Shown piece by piece: positions 21,985 to 33,400 of a stretch of 64,000 bases of DNA (position 1 is its first letter; each line of letters opens with the position of its first letter). Position numbers and translations under genes: made by a program. Source of the DNA: Epithemia pelagica (taxonomy: Eukaryota; Protista; Bacillariophyta). The stretch is taken from assembly GCA_946965045.2 (NCBI GenBank), contig OX337238.1, forward strand, positions 496,001 through 560,000. Reading direction: 5' to 3'. The notes beneath the pieces are model-generated. The model saw only the letters and a list, made by a program, of their open reading frames with translations. It had not been told where the DNA came from and did no database searches.

Positions 21985-24900
21985 TTAATCCTCCAAGAAT
22001 TCCGTCATGTTGGAAGCACTGAGATAGACGGTGGAAAAGAATCGAAAGAATTCTTGCTTGGTGACCCAAAAGATTCCATCATCGGCCACCACCGGCTTTA
22101 GTTCGGCCTTGATTTGCGGATACTGATCCCAACCGGGACCGTCGTCATCAAATTCGCCATCTTCAATTTCACCCTTGCCCCACGGATTCCGAACCTTGAT
22201 CAAATCCACATCGGTACCGGCCACATCATTGTGGCATTCCAAGACCGAATAGGCATGATTGTCCACCAATCCGGCATCGCCACTCTTGCCCGTACAGGCG
22301 GCACCAATAATGAAATTCACATCGTCCCAGGCACACATTTTCATAAAGAGTTCTTCCTCGGTCAATTCCTGTGTCATGTCACCGCCACCGCCGGCTTCGG
22401 GCCACGGATTGGGCCACATGTTTTTTTCGCCATCGTGCGGTGAATTGGCCAATTTCGAATGTTGCCGCGTGTTGGGATTGTACTTGCCATAACAGGCAAA
22501 CAATCCTGTATCCTTGTTGATGCGAATCGTGTACTGCTGCTTACAGCCCGTCATGAGGGCCCAGGCATGGGTGCATTGACCACCGGTAATCTTGTCCCAT
22601 CCACCACAATGAATGGCCAAGGCCTTTTCCAAATAACAGACCCACAATTCACCATCCTCCGACGGCGTCGTGCCCAAGAGCTGACCACTCCCATCCGCCT
22701 TGGCCGCCAAACGCTCGTCCATCACAATGTCCTTTTCCGTCCACGTTTCCAAATCCCACCTGTGTTGTTTGTGGATCGCAAGAAAAAAAATAAACAGGAT
22801 AAATGAGGCGCATTCGTCATGGGATGCAATAGTTTTCATCCAGACACATACACACACACAAGACTTACAACGTGATAATGTATTGATTGGGTTCCGGAAG
22901 AGGCCGTTCGTGCAATCGCTCCGTTTTCCGGAACAAGTGTTTGACGGCACCATCAAATTCGGCCAGACAGGAAATACCCGACAAGAGCCAACAATTTCCG
23001 ACCGATCCTTGATGAATATCGGATGGATCCACGTCGCCAATAATTTTGAGATCGGGTGCATCGCCCACACCCATGCCACGACCGGGCAAGAGCGGCTTGT
23101 TCTTGTCCGAATGCAACCGGTACCCGCGATGCGACATGTGATCGGTATACTCGTCCCGGAATTCCATTGGCAAATCGTTATTTTCCATCGGTGGCAAGCG
23201 TTCGTAGGTTTGCGTCAAGACCGTCATGTGGCCCTGCCCGGTACCCGTGGGAACATAGCCCTTGGTACCCGCACGGTGCACATAATTGTATCTCTGATGT
23301 TCCAGAGGCCAGTCCAGCATGTCGGTTTGGTACACCATGACACTGTACTTTTCCGGGTTCTTTTTGAATTCCTTCTTGCCCTTCTTGATGGAACCGAGTC
23401 GTTCTTCTGTCTCTCCCAAGGTGACATAGGCAAAGCCACCGGAAAAGGTCTCCTTGGTGACTTTCCACTTTTCCGGATCGGCCGCTTCATACTCTTCATG
23501 CGACGTTTTGCCCGGGGAGTCTCCATCCGAACGCTTGGTTCCCTTGCCCGAAGCTCGTGGAGGACGCCATGGCATGCGACCAGGTCCACTTTCACTGGAC
23601 TCATGGCCCATGTTGCGCGCCGCTCCTCCCTCCTCGTCCGGACCAAAATCGTTGTCAAACCCATCATTGTTGTTGCCAAAGCCTTGTCCGTCATTGTCAA
23701 AACCATTAGTATTGTTGTTGCCAAAGCCGTGATTGTCAAAACCATTGTCATCTCCAAAGCCTTGTCCATTGTCTCCATTGTCGTAATCTTGGCCGTCATT
23801 GTCGTTATTGCCGAAGCCCTGCCAATTGTCATGGCCATAGTTGTCGTCGTAGTCATTGTGACGGCGATCAGCATGGTCGTCATTGCCGCTGCCACTGTTG
23901 AACGAATCCTCATCGTATTCCCGTTCGTTGCTGTACCGAGGATTGTTGTCGTGGTTGTACGCTTGCCCATTGTTGTTGTTGTCGTTGTCGTACTGGTTGT
24001 CGTAGTCGTTGGGAGTGTTGTCATAGTCGTTGTTTCTGTTTTGAAAGTCGTCATCATCGTCGTCACCGTCAATATCGTTCATGCTATAGCCATTGTCGTT
24101 GTTGTTGTTGTTGGAATAGGGTTGCGCAGTGCGGTCGTCACTGTCACTGCTCGTCGCCATGGCCGGCGGCGGTCCATCGTCGGGATCATGAAAGGACGAG
24201 TCGGGAGAGTCAGGCGTCATTTTGATATCATAGGGTTGAGGATCTCGATCGGGCAACACATGAGGTCGTTGTTCATCGTAGGGACGTTCGTAGGATGGAG
24301 CTTCGTCTTCCGGCCACGGCGACGAGGAGGCTTGTTCTTTTTGGGGGGGCCAGGGGGAGGAAGGTGCATCGTCTGCCGTGTAACTATTGTGGCGGTCGTC
24401 ATCGTCATCGTCATCATTATCGCGGTATACGGGAGGTGGCGCTTGTGGCATGGCCGGTCGATGGTCGTCCTCGTCATCCCTGTCGCGGTTCCGATTGTTT
24501 TTCTTGTGGTTGTTGCCTTTCGGAGAGGATTGGGGGGATCGACGTGCCACATTTTCGTACTTGTTGGGTTCGTTGCTCGTGGCATAGGGTTGAGGGACCC
24601 GATCCCGCGTCGACGGCGCTCCGGTCGTCAATTCGTGTGGTTTGGCCTTTTGGATATCATTGAATCGATTGTCGGGGGGAATTTGATTGTCCTCTTGCAA
24701 ATGATGCAAATCGTCCACGGCCCGTTGCAAATCGCGCAAACTTTCACTCTCGTCAAAATGATGATCCAAATCAAATTGCAACAATTTCAAAATCAAGGGA
24801 TGCAAATCGCGCCACGATCGATCGACCAATTCTCCCATGAGCAAAATCAAGTGCTTGGCGGACCGATGGTAGGCCCCCACGGCTTCTTGATGCTTTTGTT

Positions 24901-25673
24901 CATTGCGTTGCAACTTTTCCGTCTTGTCTTGAGGCACCGGCTTGGCTTGACTTTGCAACTTGTCAATTTGGGTCTTGAGGGAGGTGACCTTGTCGGTATA
25001 ATGATCGGCATCGCGACGCAATTGATCCGTCATTTTGTAATCGGCATTGATGCGGGCCGTGACAGTATTTTGCCACAGGGTAAAGTAATCCATGACGCTG
25101 GAGCTAAACTCATTGGCCCGGTCCAAATCCTTTTTGCGTGATTCCACCATGGCCGTATCGTTGGCCTTGGTCGCATACGAGGCCGGGGACTCCTCACTCA
25201 TGGCCGAAAAGGCTTCGGCGACCTGGAATAATACAGACAGACATATACATACACCAGTGACAAAACTGTTGTCAGACCACAAGAAGAAAGAACAAGTGTA
25301 TCTACAAACATTGTGGAACGGACTGGGATCGACAGATTGACGGTCCACGAGCAAGAGGAGCCAACACAAACAACCACCACCACCAACTTCAACAACCACA
25401 GCTTCCACAACAACAACAACAACAACAAAAACACAGAACATGCAAGCCATTTCGGCGTGTGTGTGTACGTACCGCAACCCGAGACGTGGCCGTTTGCATG
25501 AGAGATTCATGACGTTTCTTCAAGGCTGCATTGAGATTCTTAAAGTTTTTGCACAATTCATCGTACTTGACTTTCAACCCCTCCACTTCATAATTGCGAT
25601 TGGGTGATTTTTCGACATTGTTGGATTGCAAAAAGTTGAAACTCATGCGACGAGTCCCAATCGCCGACGCCAT
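21985..25673 (-). CDS. Calpain-like cysteine protease paralog 2 (BAR-like, acidic D/N/G linker, CysPc); exons 25673-25473, 25222-22869, 22759-21985
   Basis: QGSVGNCWLLS, NHAYS, VRNPWG; introns GTACGT..CAG 25472-25223 and GTAAGT..CAG 22868-22760 (joins IITL-WDLET). Confidence 0.88.
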
Positions 25674-26756
25674 GCTTGCTGCTGGTGGTGGTGTTTCACA
25701 AGAATACTACGTTCCAGATTGAATCGTTGGCTCGTCTTCGATTGGACTGGTTCGGACTCGACGTTATCCACAGTGCCGTCCAAGCAAGAGATATGAGAAA
25801 GAAAGGTCTCTCTGTGGTCTCTCTCTATGGCCTTTCCAAAGTGTGAAGGGGGGATCTTACTGGTTGAAAGAAAAAAGTGGTGAAGACTTTTTGGTATGAC
25901 TCTTGATGGGGAGTCGACCAAGACCAAAAACTACCCTACCCAACAAACTGTCTCACTTTCTCCCCCGATCCCAACCAGAACCACAGAAGTTGGCCCAAAT
26001 GATGGTCGCTCTTCAGACGCACAATCTGTGATCACTACCTACCTCGCTAAAAAACGTAGGTCTCTACTAGAAACAGTTTTTCTGTGATCTCAAACGAGAA
26101 GGAGCGACATCCCATCAAAATTCAACGTGGTCCCCCACCGTAGTACTAACCGGGCCCGACGATGCTTAACTTCGCTGAGCAGACGGGAAGCGGTGCTGTC
26201 ATCGTGGTATGGTCGTTCCTACAATGCGTGCTAACCCAAGAGTATTTGAACGCCATTTACCATTCCAATCTTTGCCCGAAGAGCCTCTAGCAGATCTTCA
26301 AGGATACGGTCCCAGCGTAAAAAATGCTTCCCCGTTTTACATAGAAACTCCTTGATGATGCACTGCATCTCACAAGGAGTACCTAGTCCACCACATGTGA
26401 ACACAAACCCATGGATCAATCTTGTTGGCATGGTTCGGATGAAAAAGCTTGCCGCCACAAATAAATAAACTCTTTCCACTGTGGGCGGAACTCTACATCA
26501 TGTAATGATCTCTACGTATCTTACACATTCCCAGTTTCCGAAGAGAAAAATATCAGGAAAGTACTCCTACCTACATAGGTGGGAAATACCAACTAGAGGA
26601 GAAGCGAGGAATCCTAGCTATGGTAGAGAAGGCGAACCCCATGGTAGCAGGGCAATTGTTTTGCATGTCGTTGAAATCGCCAGTGGACCGGCCTGCGCGC
26701 AACTTCTTTTTTTGGGGGTCTGTGGCTACAATACGAAGAAAAAGTCTTGCTCCACC

Positions 26757-27563
26757 ATGGCACGAAAGACAACGCCGGCCCGTCGACCACGAAGCAACAG
26801 CAGGAGTGACACCCATGGCGGGTCCACCACCACCAAAGGTCCAGCATCAAGAGCGAAACGGTCCAAAGCGGGTGATGCCGAAACGCAAAACGCAGCTCCC
26901 AAGCACGTCTTGCAATTGTCCAACCAGGACGATGCGGAGGACGAGGAGGTGCTTCATATTCTCGTGAATGAAAAAGATCGGCGTGTCCGGAAACGAGCGT
27001 TGGACTTGTTGCGTGGTGTCGACTTGGACTTGTCTCAAAATAATGGCGAGGACGACGAATTTCCACCCTTGAAGCAACGTGTGGAATTGCCCGTTTTGTA
27101 TGGGGCGTTGAAAATTATCAAGGAAATTGGACAGGGAAATGCCCATGAGGAGGAATCAGATTTGACCGAGGATGATCGGCAGTTGATTGAAGATGCCTCC
27201 TTGGCAGTTCCCTATCTCATGTACAAGCGGTTTTACGAACAGTTAATGTTGCCACGGACCATGGGGGGATTGGCCTTTAGTGACGCCAAGGCCATGCAAG
27301 TGGCTCGCGATTTGTTTTTGGCCATGGGACCGGCGTGTTGTAAAGAGACCGTGACGGACCAACAATTGTCCGAAGCCTGTCCGTCTGTGAAACGAATTGA
27401 TGCTCGAAAAATACTTCCGTCCCTTCATGCGATTGGCAAGGAAGCTCGCAGCCAATTGGAACAAGTAGAAGCACTCTTGCACGAAGGTGAGGAGGAAGAA
27501 GAGGACGACGAAGAGGAAGATGTAGAATCTGATGATGAGCATGACCACAATGCTGAGGACTAG
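26757..27563 (+). CDS. Hypothetical protein with basic N-terminus and acidic C-terminus (268 aa)
   Basis: CCACCATGG start context, MARKTTPARRPRS..., helical core, poly-E/D tail. Confidence 0.65.
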   Translation: MARKTTPARRPRSNSRSDTHGGSTTTKGPASRAKRSKAGDAETQNAAPKHVLQLSNQDDAEDEEVLHILVNEKDRRVRKRALDLLRGVDLDLSQNNGEDDEFPPLKQRVELPVLYGALKIIKEIGQGNAHEEESDLTEDDRQLIEDASLAVPYLMYKRFYEQLMLPRTMGGLAFSDAKAMQVARDLFLAMGPACCKETVTDQQLSEACPSVKRIDARKILPSLHAIGKEARSQLEQVEALLHEGEEEEEDDEEEDVESDDEHDHNAED

Positions 27564-28540
27564 TATCTTGAATTTGAGAATCGGGGGGAGGAGATTCTCG
27601 TTTCTGCCGAGAGACGCTAGTTTATGCAGATTATTGGCTCGGATGAGTATGAGCTGGGGCGAAGAATTTGTATCCTCTTTTATGTTTTGGCAGATCTTAC
27701 TTGTTGATAGCGGGATCGTGTTCCATGAGTGGAAGAAGAAAAACCACAGCTCGACCGCACAGTGTGGTGTGAGGCCATCCAATGTGTCGTCCTTTCGCTA
27801 CACAAGAAGGACTATATTTCTATAGTGATCTTTCCAGCAATGATCAATGTGGGTGTACTCGCTACCATATTCGCTCTGTACCATGTTCGAGCAAGAGAGC
27901 AAAAGGATTTCAGCTCACAGACCAAGTCGCCCCATTCGACGAGTCCATGGGCGACTGCACCGATTCTTCCACGAGTGGTCCTTTTCTTCCTCTTGCGTGA
28001 AACTGTCAGCATTAATAGTTACTGCCTAAGGATGGACGCCTCCTAGATTTCTTTTTGACTTCTGATAGCCTGAGGCAACCAATCTGTCACTGTCATCCGA
28101 AATGAACCATTCTCTCTTCCGTTCTTCGGATTTCCTGTCCGTCAATGAATATCGCCATGTACTACATTTTGCCGAATTCATTGTTCCTCCATCTGTCAAA
28201 GACTGTTCACTGTGAACGGATCTTTGCAACACACAATCGAAAGGAACTCGACTTTCGCTTCCTGAATATCTGTATTAGGAATACCTGTATTAGAATTGTG
28301 ATGAGGAGGAGCAGCGGACAGCGCTTCAACTACAATATGAAGAGTGTCTCCATAATATGAATCGACTCCTCTCCGTAATCTGATGTCATGCCCAAAACAA
28401 GACAATTGGTCGAGAACAAAATAATGATTATGCTATTATAGTTTCGCCATTTTAATAGGACATTCATGCAACCTTTTGCGGATTTATCCTTCCCTTCATC
28501 ATCATGGCTGCGTATTGGTCGTGGTTCATCATTTCGATTT

Positions 28541-29719
28541 TCATGTCGAGGTGGAACGGGGTGCGATATCCGCATCTCGGGTCCCCATTCCCTCTCGAAC
28601 ATGGTACCATCCGTTCCATTGCATCTCACAGAGTCGCCGAAAACACCATGTATTCTTGTCCATGAGTGGTAGTGTGGCACAGGTATTCGGATGGTCCCGT
28701 CCTCCCATGACGGCGATTTGATGGGCCACTGCCACCAGAGTGCCGCCCCAACGTCCCTCGTTGTTGTTGTGGTTGTTCCATTCGGGGAGATTCCACATGC
28801 GGTTGCGGTTCGGATCCAAGACTTGCACCGTTGGATTGCGTCCTCCCGCCACCACCAGACAGGATCCCACGACAACTACGGTACACTTGAATCGTTGGAC
28901 GGAAAGTGCCAACTCGGAGTGAGTCGTCCAGCCAGACGACGACGAGGAACTGACGGTAGTAGTAGCAGCCGTGTCCTCCTTCTTAGGCCATTGGGGAGAA
29001 AAGTCCCAAAACTCGACCGTGCGTTTGGCGCAGCCGCCCACGACAAAGATGCGGTGGCCCCCCAAGACGGCACCGGCACACCATGCTCGTGCATGCGTCA
29101 TGGATGGTCCCGCCATGACAGTGTCCTGGCGGGTATCCAGAATATCCACCGACGCGTGACAACCTGCCACCACGACAATGTATCGGTTGTGCACCGCAAC
29201 CGCACAACATCCCGATCGTCCCCTGGTGAGCCGACAATTCAGTGTCTCCCAATGAATCTCCTTGTTGGAACTGCTTTCCGTGAAAGAAAATTGCAGCAAA
29301 TCATGGACAGGAATCCGCTCGATACAATCAAACGTGGAATCTCCTTGTTCGTGTCCTCCCAGTACATAGACGGATCCATTGCACACAACAGAGGCATGTC
29401 CTTGACGACTCTTATTCATGGGTGGCCCTTCTCGCCACTGTTTGTCCGGTTCTGCTAAAGGGAGAACCAGAACGGAATTGGTGACACGTACAACGTCTTG
29501 TTGATATCCACCCAACACAACGACCGTTTGTCCAATGTGTTTCTCGTCGGTGTTGTTGTTGTGGTCCGTAGTTTCGTGATGATGATCCAGGACGACTGCA
29601 GCATGATCGCAACGCCCGCCTCCATCCAGAGGAGGCCAATCGGTTTCATTCCATTCGGTTGCCTCGTCCGATAGGAAAAGCCCCGATTGTCGTGCTTGTT
29701 CTTTCAGTGCCATGGTCAT
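28541..29719 (-). CDS. Kelch-repeat protein
   Basis: Repeated GG motifs with kelch spacing: VVVLGGY, WREGPPMNKSRQGHASVVCNGSVYVLGG, AGPSMTHARAWCAGAVLGGHRIFVVGG, CLVVAGG, IAVMGG. Confidence 0.85.
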   Translation of the reverse strand: MTMALKEQARQSGLFLSDEATEWNETDWPPLDGGGRCDHAAVVLDHHHETTDHNNNTDEKHIGQTVVVLGGYQQDVVRVTNSVLVLPLAEPDKQWREGPPMNKSRQGHASVVCNGSVYVLGGHEQGDSTFDCIERIPVHDLLQFSFTESSSNKEIHWETLNCRLTRGRSGCCAVAVHNRYIVVVAGCHASVDILDTRQDTVMAGPSMTHARAWCAGAVLGGHRIFVVGGCAKRTVEFWDFSPQWPKKEDTAATTTVSSSSSSGWTTHSELALSVQRFKCTVVVVGSCLVVAGGRNPTVQVLDPNRNRMWNLPEWNNHNNNEGRWGGTLVAVAHQIAVMGGRDHPNTCATLPLMDKNTWCFRRLCEMQWNGWYHVREGMGTRDADIAPRSTST

Positions 29720-30224
29720 GGCTCTTTATATGCGTAAAAGTTGCTTCATATTGTGTGTCATTCAATATTTCTGCGACCGGATGAGACGGCGGAATTCTTG
29801 AGCCGATTCTTTTGCGTGCGTTACCGTGCGTATCCTTACGAATCCATGTCGGACCATCGTGGACCACCCATGTCCAGAGGCCGAATAGGTCGATGTTTGT
29901 CATACCAGAACGCCTTCATTCTTTTTCTAGGTAAGAATGTTGATTCTCTTTTGTTTCCTCAGAGAGAGAGAGAGACCTCAACTTGCTTTGGAGTCCAGGG
30001 TGTAAAGCGAGCGTAAATGATTCGTTGTGGCACTGTTGCAAATCCAGTGGTCTACACATGTCGAATTCTATTATTTGTGCTCGGCTCATCCACGAGAGAG
30101 AGAGTCTTTGTTGGTCCTTCCGCTTGGTGTCATCTCGAGCATGACACACAACACCACAAGGAAGACTCTTGATCCGTATCAATAATCTCCACCAACGACC
30201 GAGACGAATGAATGCCTTCGTCTG

Positions 30225-30451
30225 TGTTGGAACAAGAAGCAAAACGAACACCCAACCGAAGTAGCCCAGCAGGATTTCTCAGTCACAAATGTACGATCAC
30301 CAATGACCCACGAGGGCAGCACAAACAAACAGTTAGCAATAATCATTCTTTTAGTTTTACATGGTATCTCACAGACAGGACGGCTGTGGTTACTAGAGAA
30401 CAGAATAAGGGACGCGGCCTTGAGAAGGCCATCAGATACGTTCGTTCAACA
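30225..30451 (+). repeat. 5' LTR of copia element 1
   Basis: TGTTGGAACA...CGTTCAACA, repeated at 35564-35790. Confidence 0.97.
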
Positions 30452-30466
30452 TAAAACTAAAAGAAT
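30452..30466 (+). promoter_or_regulatory. Primer-binding site complementary to LTR bases 30345-30359 (putative self-priming)
   Basis: TAAAACTAAAAGAAT is the exact reverse complement of ATTCTTTTAGTTTTA. Confidence 0.75.
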
Positions 30467-30476
30467 TATTGACAGC

Positions 30477-33400
30477 ATGTCGGGCCGCGGCGGACGCGGG
30501 TACCGACGAGGTATTGCCAGAAAGGCAGGAAGGGGAGGTGCCCCGATCGGTGCCTCAGTAAGTAAAAAGGAGGTGACAGACTATTTCTTTTACCTTGGAT
30601 CGGCAAAGCAGGCCTCCGATTATGAGACAACGTCGGAATTTCTCATCAACCACATTCGCAAGACATACACATATGGCAACGATATTGGGACAGCCTTGGA
30701 GACGCTGACAGAAACAGACTTGGACAGCCATAAACCAAAATTGGAACTTTACACCAAAGCAGACTTGGATGATGATGATGCCCGTGCAGTCGCCAATGAA
30801 CAAAATAAAATGGAGTTTAAGGCAGATTATGATCTCTTCCGGAAGCGGAAGACAGCCTATGAAGATAACAGAACAAAGGCCTATGCATTCCTATGGGAGC
30901 GATGCACGAAAGGGATGCAGGCAAAGCTCGAAGCACGCACAGATTTCACCACTGTAAAAGGAGACCCACTGAAGCTTCTGGCCGCAATCAAGCAACATGC
31001 TCTAAGCTATCAAGATCACAGGTACGGAATGTCCATCATTCTCGATGCCTTGCGCGTGTTTCTCAACACCAAGCAAAAGGAGAACGAATCGCTGCATGAT
31101 TTTACCAAGCGCTTCCGCACGGCAAGTGACGTACTGGTGTCACATCTTGGTGGACCACTGTTAATGCAAAAATATACAAGTGAATTATCCACATGGCCAA
31201 AGGCACACACCGGAACACCAAGTTCAGCAGAAATAGCGGAGAGAAAGTCAAAAATCAAGCTATGTCAAGAAGAGGCATACAAACATTTTACTGCCTTTGT
31301 ATTCTTAACCAACACAGATCAAGCAAAGTATGGATCGCTCGTGACTGGTTTGTCAACACAGCAGTCGCTTGGGAACGACCAGTATCCAAAGTCCATGATA
31401 GAAGCAGCCAATGTGCTAAGCAATCATCGGTTCGATAATGCGGGCAATGGCAAAGGAAAGGACAAATCTGAGAAGGAAACACGACAGCAGCCTTCAGATG
31501 AAACGAATGAAGGTAATGACACACCACTAACTCTGTCATTCGCACAAGCCCTACAGGGACGGTGTTACTGCTGCGGAGAGGCAGGGCACATCGCTACAAA
31601 CTGCCCAGAAAGAAATAAACCAAAGAGTGAATGGGCCATTAATAAAGCAAAGGGCTTGGATCAGGCACATGCACAGCAAATTGCAGGTTCTCTGGCAGGG
31701 ACACCTGATGTACTCGAAGACGACGATGACACCGGAAGTATCGGTGCCGCCACACAAGCAACGAATACAAGTTCTCGCTCATCCAGGCCGGGATGGTGCG
31801 GTGCCCACGTCCAGTTTTATCAGGCAGGTGAAATGCGAGATTGGATCCTTCTGGACAATCAGTCCACTACAAGTATATTCTGCAACAGGCACCTTGTCAA
31901 AGATGTACGCCCGACCACGGAACCAATGGAATTGATGACCAACGGCGGGCGGTTAGTGACAACAGAACGTGCAACAGTACCAGATTTTGGGGAAGTGTGG
32001 TTCAACCCGAAGGCCATCACTAATATTCTGAGTTTACACGATGTCACCAAAAAGTATCGGGTGTCATACGATTCAGACGGGGAACCTGCCTTCCTGGTTC
32101 ATGTCCCAGGTGAGCCGGTCAGATTTCAACAAAGTCCAGCCGGACTGTTCTATTTTAAACCATCGTACTCGACAGCAAATGTGTCACATGTGACAACGGT
32201 TGAAGAGTTGAAGCAGCTTTACACTGACAGACAAGTGAAACGGGCGACGAGAGCACGTGATCTTCTTCATGCGCTCGGGAATCCATCTCTTAGTGACCTG
32301 AAAGCTGTTTTAAAAATGAATGCAATTGCAAACAATCCTGTAACGACAAGTGATTTGGCCATTGCCGAACACATATTTGGCCCAGATGTGGGGAGTCTCA
32401 AAGGGAAGCTAACGCACCGACCCCCACTACCTGTTCTGGACAATTACATTGAACTCCCGATTGAACTGACGGATGCTCATCATAATGTCACCTTGTGTAT
32501 GGATACTATGAAAGTCAATGGTCTCGCCTTTCTAACAAGCGTGTCACGCAACCTCCAATATCGGACCGCAGAATGGGTGCCTAATACGTTGGCACAAACC
32601 TATGCCTCTCGTTTCCGTGTGATATGTGATCTTTATCGGAATGGGGGCTATGCACTAACGAAAGTTCATTGTGATAATGAATTTCGTGCAATGTTTACCC
32701 GGTTTCCTGTGGAGGGCGTCACACCAAACTACGCCAATCCAAACGACCATGTTCCAGAAGCTGAACGGAACATCAGGGTGCTCAAAGAAAGGATCCGCGC
32801 CACGTTCCATCGGCTGCCATTCACCAGCCTGCCCAAACTTATGCTGAAAATCCTGGTGATGGAATCCGCCAAAAAGCTCAATTTCTTCCCGGCCAAAGGG
32901 GGAGTCTCCCCTTATTACAGTCCTCGCGCCCTTCTTCACCGTGTTGGCTTGGACTATGACAAACATTGTCGCTTCTCTTTTGGCGATTATGTACAAGCAC
33001 GTCAAGACAACCACCCCACCAATAGCCTCAAGGCTCGCACCCTCGATTGTATCTACTTACGGTTTACTGCCAATCAACAGGGAGGGCACGAATTAATGGA
33101 CTTACACACCGGTCGGCTTATCACAAGGGGTCACGTGGTGGGGGTTCCCCTTACCGAACATGTTATCAAGGCTGTCAATGCCATGGCTGCCGCCGAAGGA
33201 ATGCCTGACGGCCTCAAAGTCACCACCAAGTCAGGCACCATCCTCTACGACAGTGCCTGGCTTGCAGGAGTGCACCACGACAATGACGATCCAACCAATG
33301 ACGATAATGACGATCCAACCAATGACAATCCAGCCAACCCAGACGACGCAGACGATCCAGACGACAACGACGATCCCAATGGCACTCCCATTGTAGATGA

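Noticed and set aside
22700-25141. 813-aa plus-strand ORF and other long antisense ORFs (16311-17357, 12926-13939, 55832-56833)
   Set aside because: Shadows of low-complexity or codon-biased genes on the opposite strand; no motifs
30303-30476. N-terminal extension of Gag-Pol from an ATG inside the LTR
   Set aside because: Lies upstream of the inferred TSS and is repeated in the 3' LTR; 30477 is the more plausible start
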